A stretch of 64,000 bases of DNA from an uncultured virus (IMG/VR IMGVR_UViG_3300037067_011978) (Duplodnaviria; Heunggongvirae; Uroviricota; Caudoviricetes). Both the position numbers and the translations under genes were made by a program. Below, in pieces: positions 42,934 to 53,100 of the stretch. Under the pieces are notes generated by a model. It did not search any database. It worked only from the letters and a program-made list of their open reading frames with translations, and was not told the origin of the DNA. The stretch's first letter is position 1, and every line of letters starts with the position of its first letter. The stretch lies in IMG/VR virus record IMGVR_UViG_3300037067_011978, one strand, 5' to 3'.

Positions 42934-43783
42934 ACCAAAGTATCCGATTTATATTATCTCTAAAGGAAGGGCTGATACTGGATTAACATATAAATTCTTG
43001 GAGGAAATGAACCAACCTTATCATATAGTCATAGAGAAACAGGAATATAAACAATATAGGAAATATATAGATAAAGAAAAAATATTAGTATTACCTTTTA
43101 GCAATTTAGGACAAGGTGGGATTCCAGCAAGAAATTGGGTATGGGAACATGCAATTGCTACTGGGTCTTTTCGTCATTGGATTATGGATGATAATATAGA
43201 TGGATTTTGGCGATCAAATCATAATAGAAGGGTAAGGGTAAGGACACCGGCATTATTCAGATGCCATGAGGATTTTATAGATAGATATGAAAATGTTGCT
43301 ATGTCTGGACTTAATTATTATATGTTTTGTCCGGATAAAGTTATAAAACCACCATACGAATTGAATACAAGGATTTATTCATGTATTCTTTTACGAAATG
43401 ATCTTCCTTATCGATGGAGAGGAAGATATAATGAAGACACTGATTTATCAATTAGAATATTAAAAGATGGTTGGTGTACTATATTATTCATGGCAATGCT
43501 AGCTAAGAAAATGCCTACCATGACTATGAAAGGTGGGAATACAGAAGATTTATATGAAATAGAAAATGGAAGATTATTAATGGCTCAGTCACTTGAAGAA
43601 CAGCATCCAGATATAGTTACTATTACTAGGAAATGGGATAGATGGCAACATCAAGTTGATTATTCTAAATTCAAAAATAATAAATTGATATTAAAGAAAG
43701 ATGTAAAAATTCCAGATGGCATAAATAACTATGGAATGAGATTAATCAAATGGGATAAGGAGAAAAATTGTGCTATTAGATGA
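42917..43783 (+). CDS. GREB1/TAGT-like GT-A glycosyltransferase (DNA-base glycosyltransferase family)
   Basis: YPIYIISKGR, ARNWVWEHA, HWIMDDNI, RIYSCIL, YNEDTDLS, KGGNT, WQHQVDY. Confidence 0.8.
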   Translation: MNQKYKPKYPIYIISKGRADTGLTYKFLEEMNQPYHIVIEKQEYKQYRKYIDKEKILVLPFSNLGQGGIPARNWVWEHAIATGSFRHWIMDDNIDGFWRSNHNRRVRVRTPALFRCHEDFIDRYENVAMSGLNYYMFCPDKVIKPPYELNTRIYSCILLRNDLPYRWRGRYNEDTDLSIRILKDGWCTILFMAMLAKKMPTMTMKGGNTEDLYEIENGRLLMAQSLEEQHPDIVTITRKWDRWQHQVDYSKFKNNKLILKKDVKIPDGINNYGMRLIKWDKEKNCAIR

Positions 43784-44585
43784 AGATAGAAATAAATCAT
43801 TTGAAAATTTTTTAATTAGGTGTAGTAAATATCGCAATATAAATGTGGATTTAATTAGAAATATTTTTAATACTACAATAAAATATTTGTTTGCTAATAA
43901 AGAAAAAAGACAAGAATTAAAACTAAACCAAAATCTTGAAAATAGATGGTATAAAGAATTAGATACTGGTAATATAGATTATTCTGTTTATGATACAGAT
44001 GAATATATAGCGGAGCTTTGGGCTTGTTGGATAGTATATTCAAAAAAATATTTACTTTCGATTCAAAAGGAATCATCATTCCCACCGTATGGGATAGTTA
44101 ATAATTTTGGAAAAGTTAAAAAAATAGTTGATTTGGGATGTGGTTTTGGCTATACTACGTTAGCATTAAAACAAATATTCCCTAATGCGGAAGTTTATGG
44201 AACTAACATAGAAAATACAATACAAATTAAATTTGCTAAACAACTTGGTAAAGAAAATAATTTTAATATAGTTAGTAATATTAAAGAGATAAAAGGTAAA
44301 ACCGATCTAGTATTTGCTAGTGAATATTTTGAACATATTTTAGAACCAATTAAGGATTTACATAAAATAGTCAAATATTTAGAACCAAGAAATTTTCTTA
44401 TTGCTAATGCTTTTGGAACAAGAGCTATAGGACATTTTATAAATTATTTATATAATGAGAATGAAATAGACGGGGAATTAATTTCTAGATTATTTAATAA
44501 GGAACTAAAAGAATTTGGATATGAAAAAGTAAAAACAAAACTATGGAATAATAGACCAGCATACTATAAACTAAAGGAGAAATAA
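43770..44585 (+). CDS. class I SAM-dependent methyltransferase
   Basis: IVDLGCGFG; DLVFASEYFEHI..P. Confidence 0.85.
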   Translation: MLLDEDRNKSFENFLIRCSKYRNINVDLIRNIFNTTIKYLFANKEKRQELKLNQNLENRWYKELDTGNIDYSVYDTDEYIAELWACWIVYSKKYLLSIQKESSFPPYGIVNNFGKVKKIVDLGCGFGYTTLALKQIFPNAEVYGTNIENTIQIKFAKQLGKENNFNIVSNIKEIKGKTDLVFASEYFEHILEPIKDLHKIVKYLEPRNFLIANAFGTRAIGHFINYLYNENEIDGELISRLFNKELKEFGYEKVKTKLWNNRPAYYKLKEK

Positions 44586-45664
44586 TGCAACTAAACAAAA
44601 ACGAATTCTTATCCGCAATGAAAAAGGCAATGCCTGGCGTCGAAAGTTCCAATACCATCCTGCAAGGTGCGGATACTTATATTTTTCATAACGGGTATAT
44701 CTATACCTATAATGACGCCATCAGCGTATCTGTACATTTTCCAATCACCAATAAAGCTGGCGAGAATATTTCAGCAGCCATCAAGGCAAAGGATTTTTAT
44801 GATCTGATTTCCCGCTATGAAGGCGATTCACTTACCATCATTCCTAAAAATGATATGTGGATCATCAAGTCAGAAAACGCTAGGGCAGAAATTACGTTAC
44901 TAGAAAATAATCTCATCGAGCGAATCGAAGGCATAAAGATCGATCCTAAGCAATTCAAGAAAATTCCTGATAGGTTCATGGAAGGAATGGCAATATGCAA
45001 TTTTTCTTCTAAGTCACAATTATCAGGATTATTCTGCTCAGATCAGGTTATGGTATCTGCTGATGAGCTGAAGATTAATTGGTATGGATTGAATGATGCT
45101 TTTACTACTAGTTTCTGGATTACCAATGATGCCGTTAATAACCTATTGAAGTTAAATGAAATTACCAAATACCATGTATCTGATTCATGGGTTCATTTTA
45201 TGACTAAGGATAAAACCATTTTTTCCTGCAAGCGATTAGTCCAGGATAAGTACCCGTTTGATAAAATAAATGAGTTGGTTGATAGTCATAAAAAGGTAAA
45301 AGAAGATATTTCAAATGAATTGCCAAATAAGCTGATTGACGCGGTGAATAGGGCGGCGGCGCTAAGCACCAATATTGAAAGTTTCGATACAGTGAAATTG
45401 ACATTCACCCCAGAGATGATAGAAGTATTTGCGCAAAGGCCAAGTGGCAAGTATACAGAAAATGTTCCATGGGAAAAGCCATTTAAGAAGGAATTTGATC
45501 CAATCAGCATTTTCGTTGATTACCAAATGATAGAGAATGGGATAAAATATAGTAAGAGCTTTTATTTACATAATACTTTGGTAAATGAAAAAAATAGGAC
45601 CAGAGTTATTTTCGTATCAGAGTTTGGAATCCAGCTTATTTCTACTTTTGATGGAGGAGAATAA
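44585..45664 (+). CDS. DNA polymerase III beta-clamp-like protein
   Basis: 359 aa; N-terminal LNKNEFLSAMKKA...ILQG; KYP..; LIDAVNRAA; lies just before dnaE. Confidence 0.7.
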   Translation: MQLNKNEFLSAMKKAMPGVESSNTILQGADTYIFHNGYIYTYNDAISVSVHFPITNKAGENISAAIKAKDFYDLISRYEGDSLTIIPKNDMWIIKSENARAEITLLENNLIERIEGIKIDPKQFKKIPDRFMEGMAICNFSSKSQLSGLFCSDQVMVSADELKINWYGLNDAFTTSFWITNDAVNNLLKLNEITKYHVSDSWVHFMTKDKTIFSCKRLVQDKYPFDKINELVDSHKKVKEDISNELPNKLIDAVNRAAALSTNIESFDTVKLTFTPEMIEVFAQRPSGKYTENVPWEKPFKKEFDPISIFVDYQMIENGIKYSKSFYLHNTLVNEKNRTRVIFVSEFGIQLISTFDGGE

Positions 45665-45882
45665 AAATGAAATGTTGGAAATGCGGAATAAATGAATTGA
45701 ATACAGGAGATGGCGATGGAATTTGTTTATCTTGTAAAAACAAATTAAATCCAAACTACATAAAGCCTATTTATTATCAATCAGGATGGATATGTCCTAA
45801 ATGTGGTTCGGTATATGGACCAGGACAAAATGAATGTATAAGATGTAATCCGCCAATTATTCCACAGGTTACTTGCTAATAA

Positions 45883-48609
45883 ATGAATAATTTTATCCAT
45901 CTACATTGCCACAATGAATATTCTCTCCTTGATGGATTCGGAACATCTAGTAATTACGCAAAAAAGATTATAGAAAATAATCAATTAGGCATGGCACTGA
46001 CAAATCACGCTAATGTAGATGGCAATATAAAATTTCAAAATGAGTTTATCAAAAATAATTTAATCCCTATTCATGGCGTAGAATTTTATATAGTTAATAA
46101 TATTTCAGAGCATCCAAAAGGTGAGAAGCGAAGTCATTTACTGGCATTAGTAAAAAATGAAATTGGCTGGACAAATATTTTACAAATGCTTACTATTGCT
46201 AATTTAGACGGGCAATATTATCGCCCTCGCATTTCTCCAGAAATATTATTAGAGCATTGCGAAGGGCTAATTATTTCAACTGCTTGTTCTTCATCATTTA
46301 TAAAAGAAAAATGGGGAAGGAAACTATTAAAGGATTTATACAATAAAATTGGGAATGATTTATATACAGAAGTAATGCCTTTCAATATGCAAGATCAAAT
46401 AGAAGTAAATGAATTATCAATTAAATATGCAAATGCTTTAGGATTAAAAACAATAGCCACTAACGATTGCCACTATATCAATAAAGACGACGCGCAAGCC
46501 CAAGAAGTATTATTAGCTATTCAAACAAAAAAACGATGGAATGATTCTGACAGATGGAAGTTTCAAGTTGACGGATTATATGCAAAAAATTATGATGAAA
46601 TGTTTTTAGCATTTAAGAAGCAAAAGCAATTTAATAATAAGCAAATAGAAGAGTATTTGGATAATACTTTAGAAGTATTTGAGAAGTGCAAGGATTTTCG
46701 TATTCCAGAAAGAAAAGTTGCTTTGCCAAAAACACCAGAACTAAAAGAATATAATGGTACGGCAGAAGAATTATTATGGGAAAAATGTTTAGTAGGATTT
46801 GAAAAAATAACGGAAAATAAATCAGTATATAAAAAACGCCTTAACGATGAAATGAAGTTAATAGTTAGTCAAGGATTTTGTGAATATTTTCTAATTGTTG
46901 AAGAAGTGATTAGATGGTGCAAAGAAAATAATATAATGACAGGGCCAGGGCGAGGAAGCGCGGGTGGTTCATTAGTTTGCTATTTATTAGATATTACTAA
47001 AATTGATCCAATTAGATTTGATTTATTATTCTCGCGCTTTATTTCTCCTGATCGTATAGACCTTCCTGATATTGATAATGACTTCCAAGATAATAAGAGG
47101 CAATTGGTTATAGAACATTTCAAGGAAATATATGGCGAAAATCACGTTGCTTGCGTTTCTACTTTTATGTCGATGAAAGGCAAAGGCGCTTTACGAGATG
47201 TTTCAAGGGTATTTGATATTCCATTAAATGAGGTAAATGAAGCATCTAAAAATATAGATGAAGGTGAGGATGAAGATTCAGAAAGTGAAAGTATTATTGG
47301 TCAATTAAACAATACTTCTGATGGGAAATTATTCATAAAAAAATATCCTACTGTCTATAAAATGGCATCTAAACTTGAAAATCAGATTCGCGGGAAAGGA
47401 ATGCACGCCGCCGCAGTAGTAATTTCAAAAGACAATCTAAGGAATGGTGACAAGGTATATTTACAGAAAACTCCGAATAAGAATAAAAATGATATAGTAG
47501 TAAATTGGGATAAATATGATATTGAATATGAAGGTTTGATGAAGTTAGATATTCTAGGGATAAACGCGCTAACAGTATTGAATGAAGCTAGGGAACTGAT
47601 AAAAATAAATACTGGGGAAGATATTGTATATGAGGATATTGATTTGAACGATCCTAAAATATTCAAAGAATTTTCAAAAGGTAATAATGATGGAGTTTTT
47701 CAATTTGGTACTTATGGACTAAAAAAACTTTGTAAGGAAATGGGAATAGAAACATTTATGCATTTATCAGATGCCAATGCATTGTGTAGACCTGGAACCG
47801 CCCATTCAGGATTAACCGATTTATATATTCAAAGAAAGCATGGACAAAAAATACCTAAGCAAGATTCGATAATTGAAAAAATAACTAAGAATACATTTGG
47901 AATTATTTTATATCAAGAGCAACTAATGCAGATAGTAAACGAAGTGGCAGGGCTTGATTGGAAAATAGCAGATAAAGTTAGAAAGGTTGTAGCAAAAAGT
48001 AAAGGAAGTGAAGAGTTTCTAAAATTCAAAAAGACATTTGCAAGCGGTTGCGTAAAGAATAATACATTAAGTAAAATAGAAGCCGAAAAATTATGGGATG
48101 AATTGGCGGCATTTGGTTCATACTCGTTCAATAAATCACATTCTGTTGCTTATTCTGTAATTTCGTACTGGGATATGTTCATTAAATTATATTACCCTAC
48201 AGAGTTTATTTGCGCTTCATTAACTTGTGGAAGTAAAACTGGCAAGCAAAGTTTAATTGAAGATGCTTTGAAAAAAGATATTGATATTAGACCGCCTAAA
48301 ATTGGAAAATCAGATAGCCACAAATGGATAGTAAAAAATGATGTTATGTATTGTCCATTTATTGAGGTAAAAGGATTTGGCGATGGATCGGCTAAGGAGG
48401 CAATGAATAAGAAAAATAAAGTTTCTACTAATCAAGGATTTTTTGATTTAGGAGAAAATATTGGCAATGGCAAGAAAACAAAAGTTGAACAAATATTATC
48501 AGATATAGATGCATATAAAGATGTTACGATTACTTCAAGCCAAGATAACAAGATAAAAGATTATTTTGATTTTAGATTCAAATTAGTGGAAAGGAGTAGA
48601 TATGATTGA
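45883..48609 (+). CDS. dnaE: DNA polymerase III alpha subunit (C-terminally short)
   Basis: PHP HLHCHNEYSLLDG, GPGRGSAGGSLV, PDIDND, HAAAVV, KLDILG, YSFNKSHSVAY. Confidence 0.95.
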   Translation: MNNFIHLHCHNEYSLLDGFGTSSNYAKKIIENNQLGMALTNHANVDGNIKFQNEFIKNNLIPIHGVEFYIVNNISEHPKGEKRSHLLALVKNEIGWTNILQMLTIANLDGQYYRPRISPEILLEHCEGLIISTACSSSFIKEKWGRKLLKDLYNKIGNDLYTEVMPFNMQDQIEVNELSIKYANALGLKTIATNDCHYINKDDAQAQEVLLAIQTKKRWNDSDRWKFQVDGLYAKNYDEMFLAFKKQKQFNNKQIEEYLDNTLEVFEKCKDFRIPERKVALPKTPELKEYNGTAEELLWEKCLVGFEKITENKSVYKKRLNDEMKLIVSQGFCEYFLIVEEVIRWCKENNIMTGPGRGSAGGSLVCYLLDITKIDPIRFDLLFSRFISPDRIDLPDIDNDFQDNKRQLVIEHFKEIYGENHVACVSTFMSMKGKGALRDVSRVFDIPLNEVNEASKNIDEGEDEDSESESIIGQLNNTSDGKLFIKKYPTVYKMASKLENQIRGKGMHAAAVVISKDNLRNGDKVYLQKTPNKNKNDIVVNWDKYDIEYEGLMKLDILGINALTVLNEARELIKINTGEDIVYEDIDLNDPKIFKEFSKGNNDGVFQFGTYGLKKLCKEMGIETFMHLSDANALCRPGTAHSGLTDLYIQRKHGQKIPKQDSIIEKITKNTFGIILYQEQLMQIVNEVAGLDWKIADKVRKVVAKSKGSEEFLKFKKTFASGCVKNNTLSKIEAEKLWDELAAFGSYSFNKSHSVAYSVISYWDMFIKLYYPTEFICASLTCGSKTGKQSLIEDALKKDIDIRPPKIGKSDSHKWIVKNDVMYCPFIEVKGFGDGSAKEAMNKKNKVSTNQGFFDLGENIGNGKKTKVEQILSDIDAYKDVTITSSQDNKIKDYFDFRFKLVERSRYD

Positions 48610-49000
48610 ATTAGAATTTAGATTGATTTATCAACATGAAGAAACTGGGTATATTCAAGAACGATATATTTTATTAGGGGAGTTAATTCCAGAAATTGCT
48701 AGATATAGGTTAGTCACAAAAAATCAATATATTGGATATCATGATAAAAATGGTAAAAAACTTTATTTAGGTGATATATTAAAAGTCCCATATGGATGGT
48801 CAGGCGATTATGAAGAAAAAGAACATTTAGCAGAAATATTTAATGATGATGAAGATGGTATAGGGTTTTACTATTCAAGACCTGATGATGTTTCTATACG
48901 AGATTGCGAAAAAGTAGGAGATATTTATAATAATCCAACTATGATTGAATATGAAAATGCAATGAAAGAATTGAATAAACAATACCCGACCAAAAAATGA
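48602..49000 (+). CDS. YopX-like protein
   Basis: QYIGYHDKNGKKLYLGDIL...VGDIYNNP. Confidence 0.75.
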   Translation: MIELEFRLIYQHEETGYIQERYILLGELIPEIARYRLVTKNQYIGYHDKNGKKLYLGDILKVPYGWSGDYEEKEHLAEIFNDDEDGIGFYYSRPDDVSIRDCEKVGDIYNNPTMIEYENAMKELNKQYPTKK

Positions 49001-49496
49001 ACTATCTAAAAATAACTAAAGAGCAAGCCTATTATCTAGGCATTACCATGTGGGGATTCTTGTATTTGTTCCCTGAAATTGATTATAAATGGGAATTGCC
49101 TAAAAGATTATACGCCATTATTAAGCAATTATATTATTGGTGCCCATGTTGCGCAGTATATAATTTGCATGATGGAACTAGGAATTGCCCTGGATGCCCA
49201 TTAGAAAACAATTGCATCGAAGGCGAGCATTTATATAAAACTTGGTCAGAGACAAATAATATAAAAGTAAGAAAACAATATGCTAAAAAGATATTAGATA
49301 GAATAATCAAAGGAGGATATTAAATGAATGCAAAACTACTATCATATAATATAAATAGAATATGTGATATTTGCGATAATAAAAACGAAAAAGTAACTGC
49401 GCATATTCAAGACGTAATTGGAAATATTCATGTATTTTGTATTGAGTGCTTAAATAAAATAGTTTTAGAATCTCCAAGTAAAGTTGAAATAGAAAA

Positions 49497-49778
49497 ATGA
49501 TTGATAAATTAAAAATTGAAAAACGATGTATTAAGATACGAGGAAAAGAATGGTGTTTGAAAAAATTAGCCGAGGAATGTTCAGAATTAAGCGCTGCTAT
49601 ATTGCAATATTTAACCAAAGAAGCATCTGAAATAAACATATTGAAAGAAAGTGCTGATGTAGAAATAGCCATAAGGATAATAAAATTGATATATAACAAT
49701 AGTTTAATAGAGTATAAAGAAAAGAAATATTTAAGGATTGATAAAAAATGTTCAGAGTTGGAAAATGCTGATTCCTGA
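49497..49778 (+). CDS. MazG-like nucleotide pyrophosphohydrolase
   Basis: KLAEECSEL...ESADV acidic motif. Confidence 0.65.
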   Translation: MIDKLKIEKRCIKIRGKEWCLKKLAEECSELSAAILQYLTKEASEINILKESADVEIAIRIIKLIYNNSLIEYKEKKYLRIDKKCSELENADS

Positions 49779-49909
49779 TTATATTGAAGAGTCTATCTTA
49801 TGGGCAGAAAATTGCATAAAGCAGAATCGGTGAGGAAAAGGCGAGATAAAACATTTGAAAAACCTGTTGGAACTGATAAAAATATTTACAGAAAATGAAG
49901 TAAAAAATA

Positions 49910-49927
49910 TGAAAAATAATGTATAAT
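49910..49927 (+). promoter_or_regulatory. AAAGAT-class promoter (variant)
   Basis: TGAAAAATAATGTATAAT(ATAG) before AAGGAG. Confidence 0.55.
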
Positions 49928-50077
49928 ATAGATAAGGAGAAAAATATGGATGACGATATTGTTCCTTTTTGGGATGATGAAGAAATGTATAATAGAAATG
50001 AAGTATTAGGCGATGATGAGTCAATAGATTATGGTGAATCTGATTATGATATTGATCCATATATGGGAGATCATTAA

Positions 50078-51001
50078 TTGTCTAATTTATATGTCAAATA
50101 CAGACCAGAATCATTCGAGGATATGGTGGGCAATGAAGCCCAGATAAAGGCATTGCAAAACTCATTAAAGAAGAAAAACCATTCCCATACATTTTTATTC
50201 AGCGGGCCAAAAGGTTGTGGAAAAACTTCATCGGCTAGAATATTGGCAACGATGCTTGATGCTACAAGTTGGGACGTACAGGAAATAAATTGTGCTAATC
50301 TAAGGACTATTGACGATGCTCGCGCTATTGAATCATCCATTAGAACAATGCCTAATGGAAAGAATCGCGTTATTATCATGGATGAGGCCCATCAGCTTAC
50401 AGGGGCAGCACAATCAGTTTTATTGAAGCCATTAGAAGAACCACCCGAGTTCTGTTATTTTGTTTTATGCACTACCGACCCTAACAAGTTATTGAAAACA
50501 ATCCGATCTCGCTGCACTGAAGTAAAGTTTACTTCATTGCCAATTGACAGCATTAAGGAAATTATCAATAGGGTCTGCAAGTTAGAAAAGATAAAACTAT
50601 CAGAAGATACAATTGAAAGCATTGCAGAAAAATGCGAAGGAAGTCCTAGAAATGCTTTGGTAATACTAGAGCAAATATCGAATGCTGATGATGAAAAGGA
50701 TATTGAGAAAATACTTGATTCAAAAGGTTCTGAGGATGATATTGAAATAATAGAATTAGCAAGGGCATTACTTAATAAAAAGCCATGGGATACGATAAAA
50801 GGCATTTTATCTAAACTCAAGGAAAATGGGAAATTAGATGATGCCGAGACAGTTAGATATATTGTTCTAGGATATATGTCAGCGGTATTATTAAAATCAA
50901 ATAATAAGCAGGCCGCAATAACAATGGAAGCATTTATTGAACCTACATATAATAGCGGAAAGTTTGGAATTATTTTAGATTGTTTCAACGCTATTTGCTA
51001 A
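50078..51001 (+). CDS. dnaX: clamp-loader ATPase (Pol III gamma/tau-like)
   Basis: LYVKYRPESF, GPKGCGKT, IMDEAHQL, LLKPLEEPP, TIRSRC, GSPRNAL. Confidence 0.88.
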   Translation: MSNLYVKYRPESFEDMVGNEAQIKALQNSLKKKNHSHTFLFSGPKGCGKTSSARILATMLDATSWDVQEINCANLRTIDDARAIESSIRTMPNGKNRVIIMDEAHQLTGAAQSVLLKPLEEPPEFCYFVLCTTDPNKLLKTIRSRCTEVKFTSLPIDSIKEIINRVCKLEKIKLSEDTIESIAEKCEGSPRNALVILEQISNADDEKDIEKILDSKGSEDDIEIIELARALLNKKPWDTIKGILSKLKENGKLDDAETVRYIVLGYMSAVLLKSNNKQAAITMEAFIEPTYNSGKFGIILDCFNAIC

Positions 51002-51007
51002 AAATTA

Positions 51008-51025
51008 TTAAAGATGATGTATAAT
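51008..51025 (+). promoter_or_regulatory. AAAGAT-class promoter
   Basis: TTAAAGATGATGTATAAT(ATAG). Confidence 0.7.
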
Positions 51026-51325
51026 ATAGATGAGGAGGAAATATGAAAATATATTTGATTGCAGAATGTAATAGACATACTTGCGGTCATGGGGAATCTT
51101 GTGAAACTTGGGAATTAACTGAACAAGAAGCATATAATCCAAAACCATTTCCTGCTTTTCTATCTAAAGAAAAAGCTATTAAATATTATAAAGAATGCAA
51201 AATCAAACAAAACCCTAATATGAAAGATTATTATGAAAGAGATTCCCCTGATATTTTAGTATTGGATGTAATCGAGTAAATAATCTATTCGTATGAATAG
51301 ATAATAATATTTTTAGGAGAATTTT

Positions 51326-51736
51326 ATGGCATCTGTACGCGATCTTGTAGAGAATGGTTTTGATGAGGGGCTTGTCAAGCAGGCGGTTGATGCGGCCGGT
51401 TTCGAGCGCAAGCGCGGGCGTGGTGGGCTGAATCTTGATGCGAAGGGCGTTACTAAGGTAGTCAAGGCTTATAACGCTTTGCTTGCCAAGCTTACTGCTA
51501 AGGCTTCCAAGTTTAATCCTGATAAACTTGACTATGGAACTGATGAAGATGAAGCCCCTGCCCCGAAGGCTAAGGCCGAGAAGAAGACCGCGCCCAAGGC
51601 TAAGGCCCCTGCAAAAGCTCCGAAGGCAAAGGCAAAGCCAGTAGATGAGGATGAAGACGAGGATGACGAGATTGAAGACCCGGTAGATGATGACGATGAT
51701 GTTGAGGAAGCCGATACGGATGATGATGATGAGTAA
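51326..51736 (+). CDS. Ala/Lys/Pro-rich protein with acidic tail
   Basis: APKAKA repeats then D/E-rich C-terminus; clearly higher GC than flanks; AGGAG RBS. Confidence 0.75.
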   Translation: MASVRDLVENGFDEGLVKQAVDAAGFERKRGRGGLNLDAKGVTKVVKAYNALLAKLTAKASKFNPDKLDYGTDEDEAPAPKAKAEKKTAPKAKAPAKAPKAKAKPVDEDEDEDDEIEDPVDDDDDVEEADTDDDDE

Positions 51737-52244
51737 ATAAAAGAATGTAAAAATAATGTAAAAATATCTTTTTTTAAAAACAATATGAAAATATTCTATA
51801 TATCTATTATTAAAAAATATAACTGACCTAAAATATATAATGAAAAAGATAGGATTCATATTTTTATATTCAATTTATTTATTACTTATTTCAAGAAAGA
51901 AGAATAAATGATTGTTTTAATTCCATTTTTAATTTTTATCATCATCGATATTATTGTAGAAAAAATTAAAGAAAACAAAAGACAAAAGCAAATAGAATTA
52001 TTTTTTGAATCTATAGTTAAATATTATAATAACAATCCTAATTACTTAGTAAAATTAGAATATAAATAAGGAGAAAATGGAAACATATTGGGATGCTTTT
52101 ATTCATGAATACACAAAAGAATATTTAGATAAACTAGATTTAAGTATTATATTACAAGCTTTTTGGGAATATTGTAGAACCGATATTAACAGATCAACTA
52201 ACGATTCTATTATTATATCTAATAAAATATTAAAAGGAGAATGA

Positions 52245-52712
52245 ATGGGTAGAATTTTTGAAGAGGATATCAAGTTCAATAAATACCAGCTTGACGAGGT
52301 TTGCGAGAAGCACGCAAGTACCTATTGGTATTGGGCGAATAAACTTGCAGAAGCCAAGAATGCTTTAGGTGATTCCGAGGACAAGTTCAAGCTTACCTCT
52401 GCACAGCGAGAAATGTTTATCAGGCAGCATTGGGACGAGTCATGGGGCAAGCAGACAGAGGCAGGAGTTAAGGCGCAACTAGAAAGCGATTCTGATTATA
52501 TTTCTGCCAAGGAAGAAATCAGGAATAACCAACATGAAGTAAATACCTTGATTGCCGGAGTATCTGCAATGGAACATCGCAAGGGAATGATTGACAATGA
52601 AGTAAAATTGCTAATTGGTGGATTTTATGCAACACCAACAGGAGGGAAAAAGGAAGGCGGAACGGAACAGGCGGAACGTGAAGTCAGAAGCAAGCTAAAG
52701 AAGAAGGTATAA
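52245..52712 (+). CDS. UvsY-like helical recombination mediator (putative)
   Basis: 155-aa coiled-coil protein (TEAGVKAQL..D..Y) upstream of SSB and RecA. Confidence 0.55.
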   Translation: MGRIFEEDIKFNKYQLDEVCEKHASTYWYWANKLAEAKNALGDSEDKFKLTSAQREMFIRQHWDESWGKQTEAGVKAQLESDSDYISAKEEIRNNQHEVNTLIAGVSAMEHRKGMIDNEVKLLIGGFYATPTGGKKEGGTEQAEREVRSKLKKKV

Positions 52713-53100
52713 AATGCCAATCAAAGATGATACTCCTAATGTGATTCAAGTTTCATTTAGACGTAAATTCAACATGGGGAATTTTGAGACAGAAGATATT
52801 GAATTTGTTGCCACCGTTGCTAATGGGCAAGACCCTGCAAAAGTATTATCTGCCCTTGATGCCGCTACGGTAAAGTATAGAAAATATCAAATGTCAGATA
52901 AGGGAAAGTAAAATGTATCCCCAATTTTGGTGTAATAAATGTGGTAAATATCACGATTCAGTAACTATTTGTCCTGATGAGCAAGGTAAAATTATTTTTA
53001 GTCCTATGGATCAAATTAAAAAAGATAGGAATGATTTAGCTACTAAAAAGGAAATTGATTTTTTCTGTAACCCACACAATTTTGGAAGATAAGGAGAAAC

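Noticed and set aside
36447..48609. Inteins or introns in DnaB or DnaE
   Set aside because: Motifs are contiguous, lengths are not inflated and no splice-junction motifs were seen
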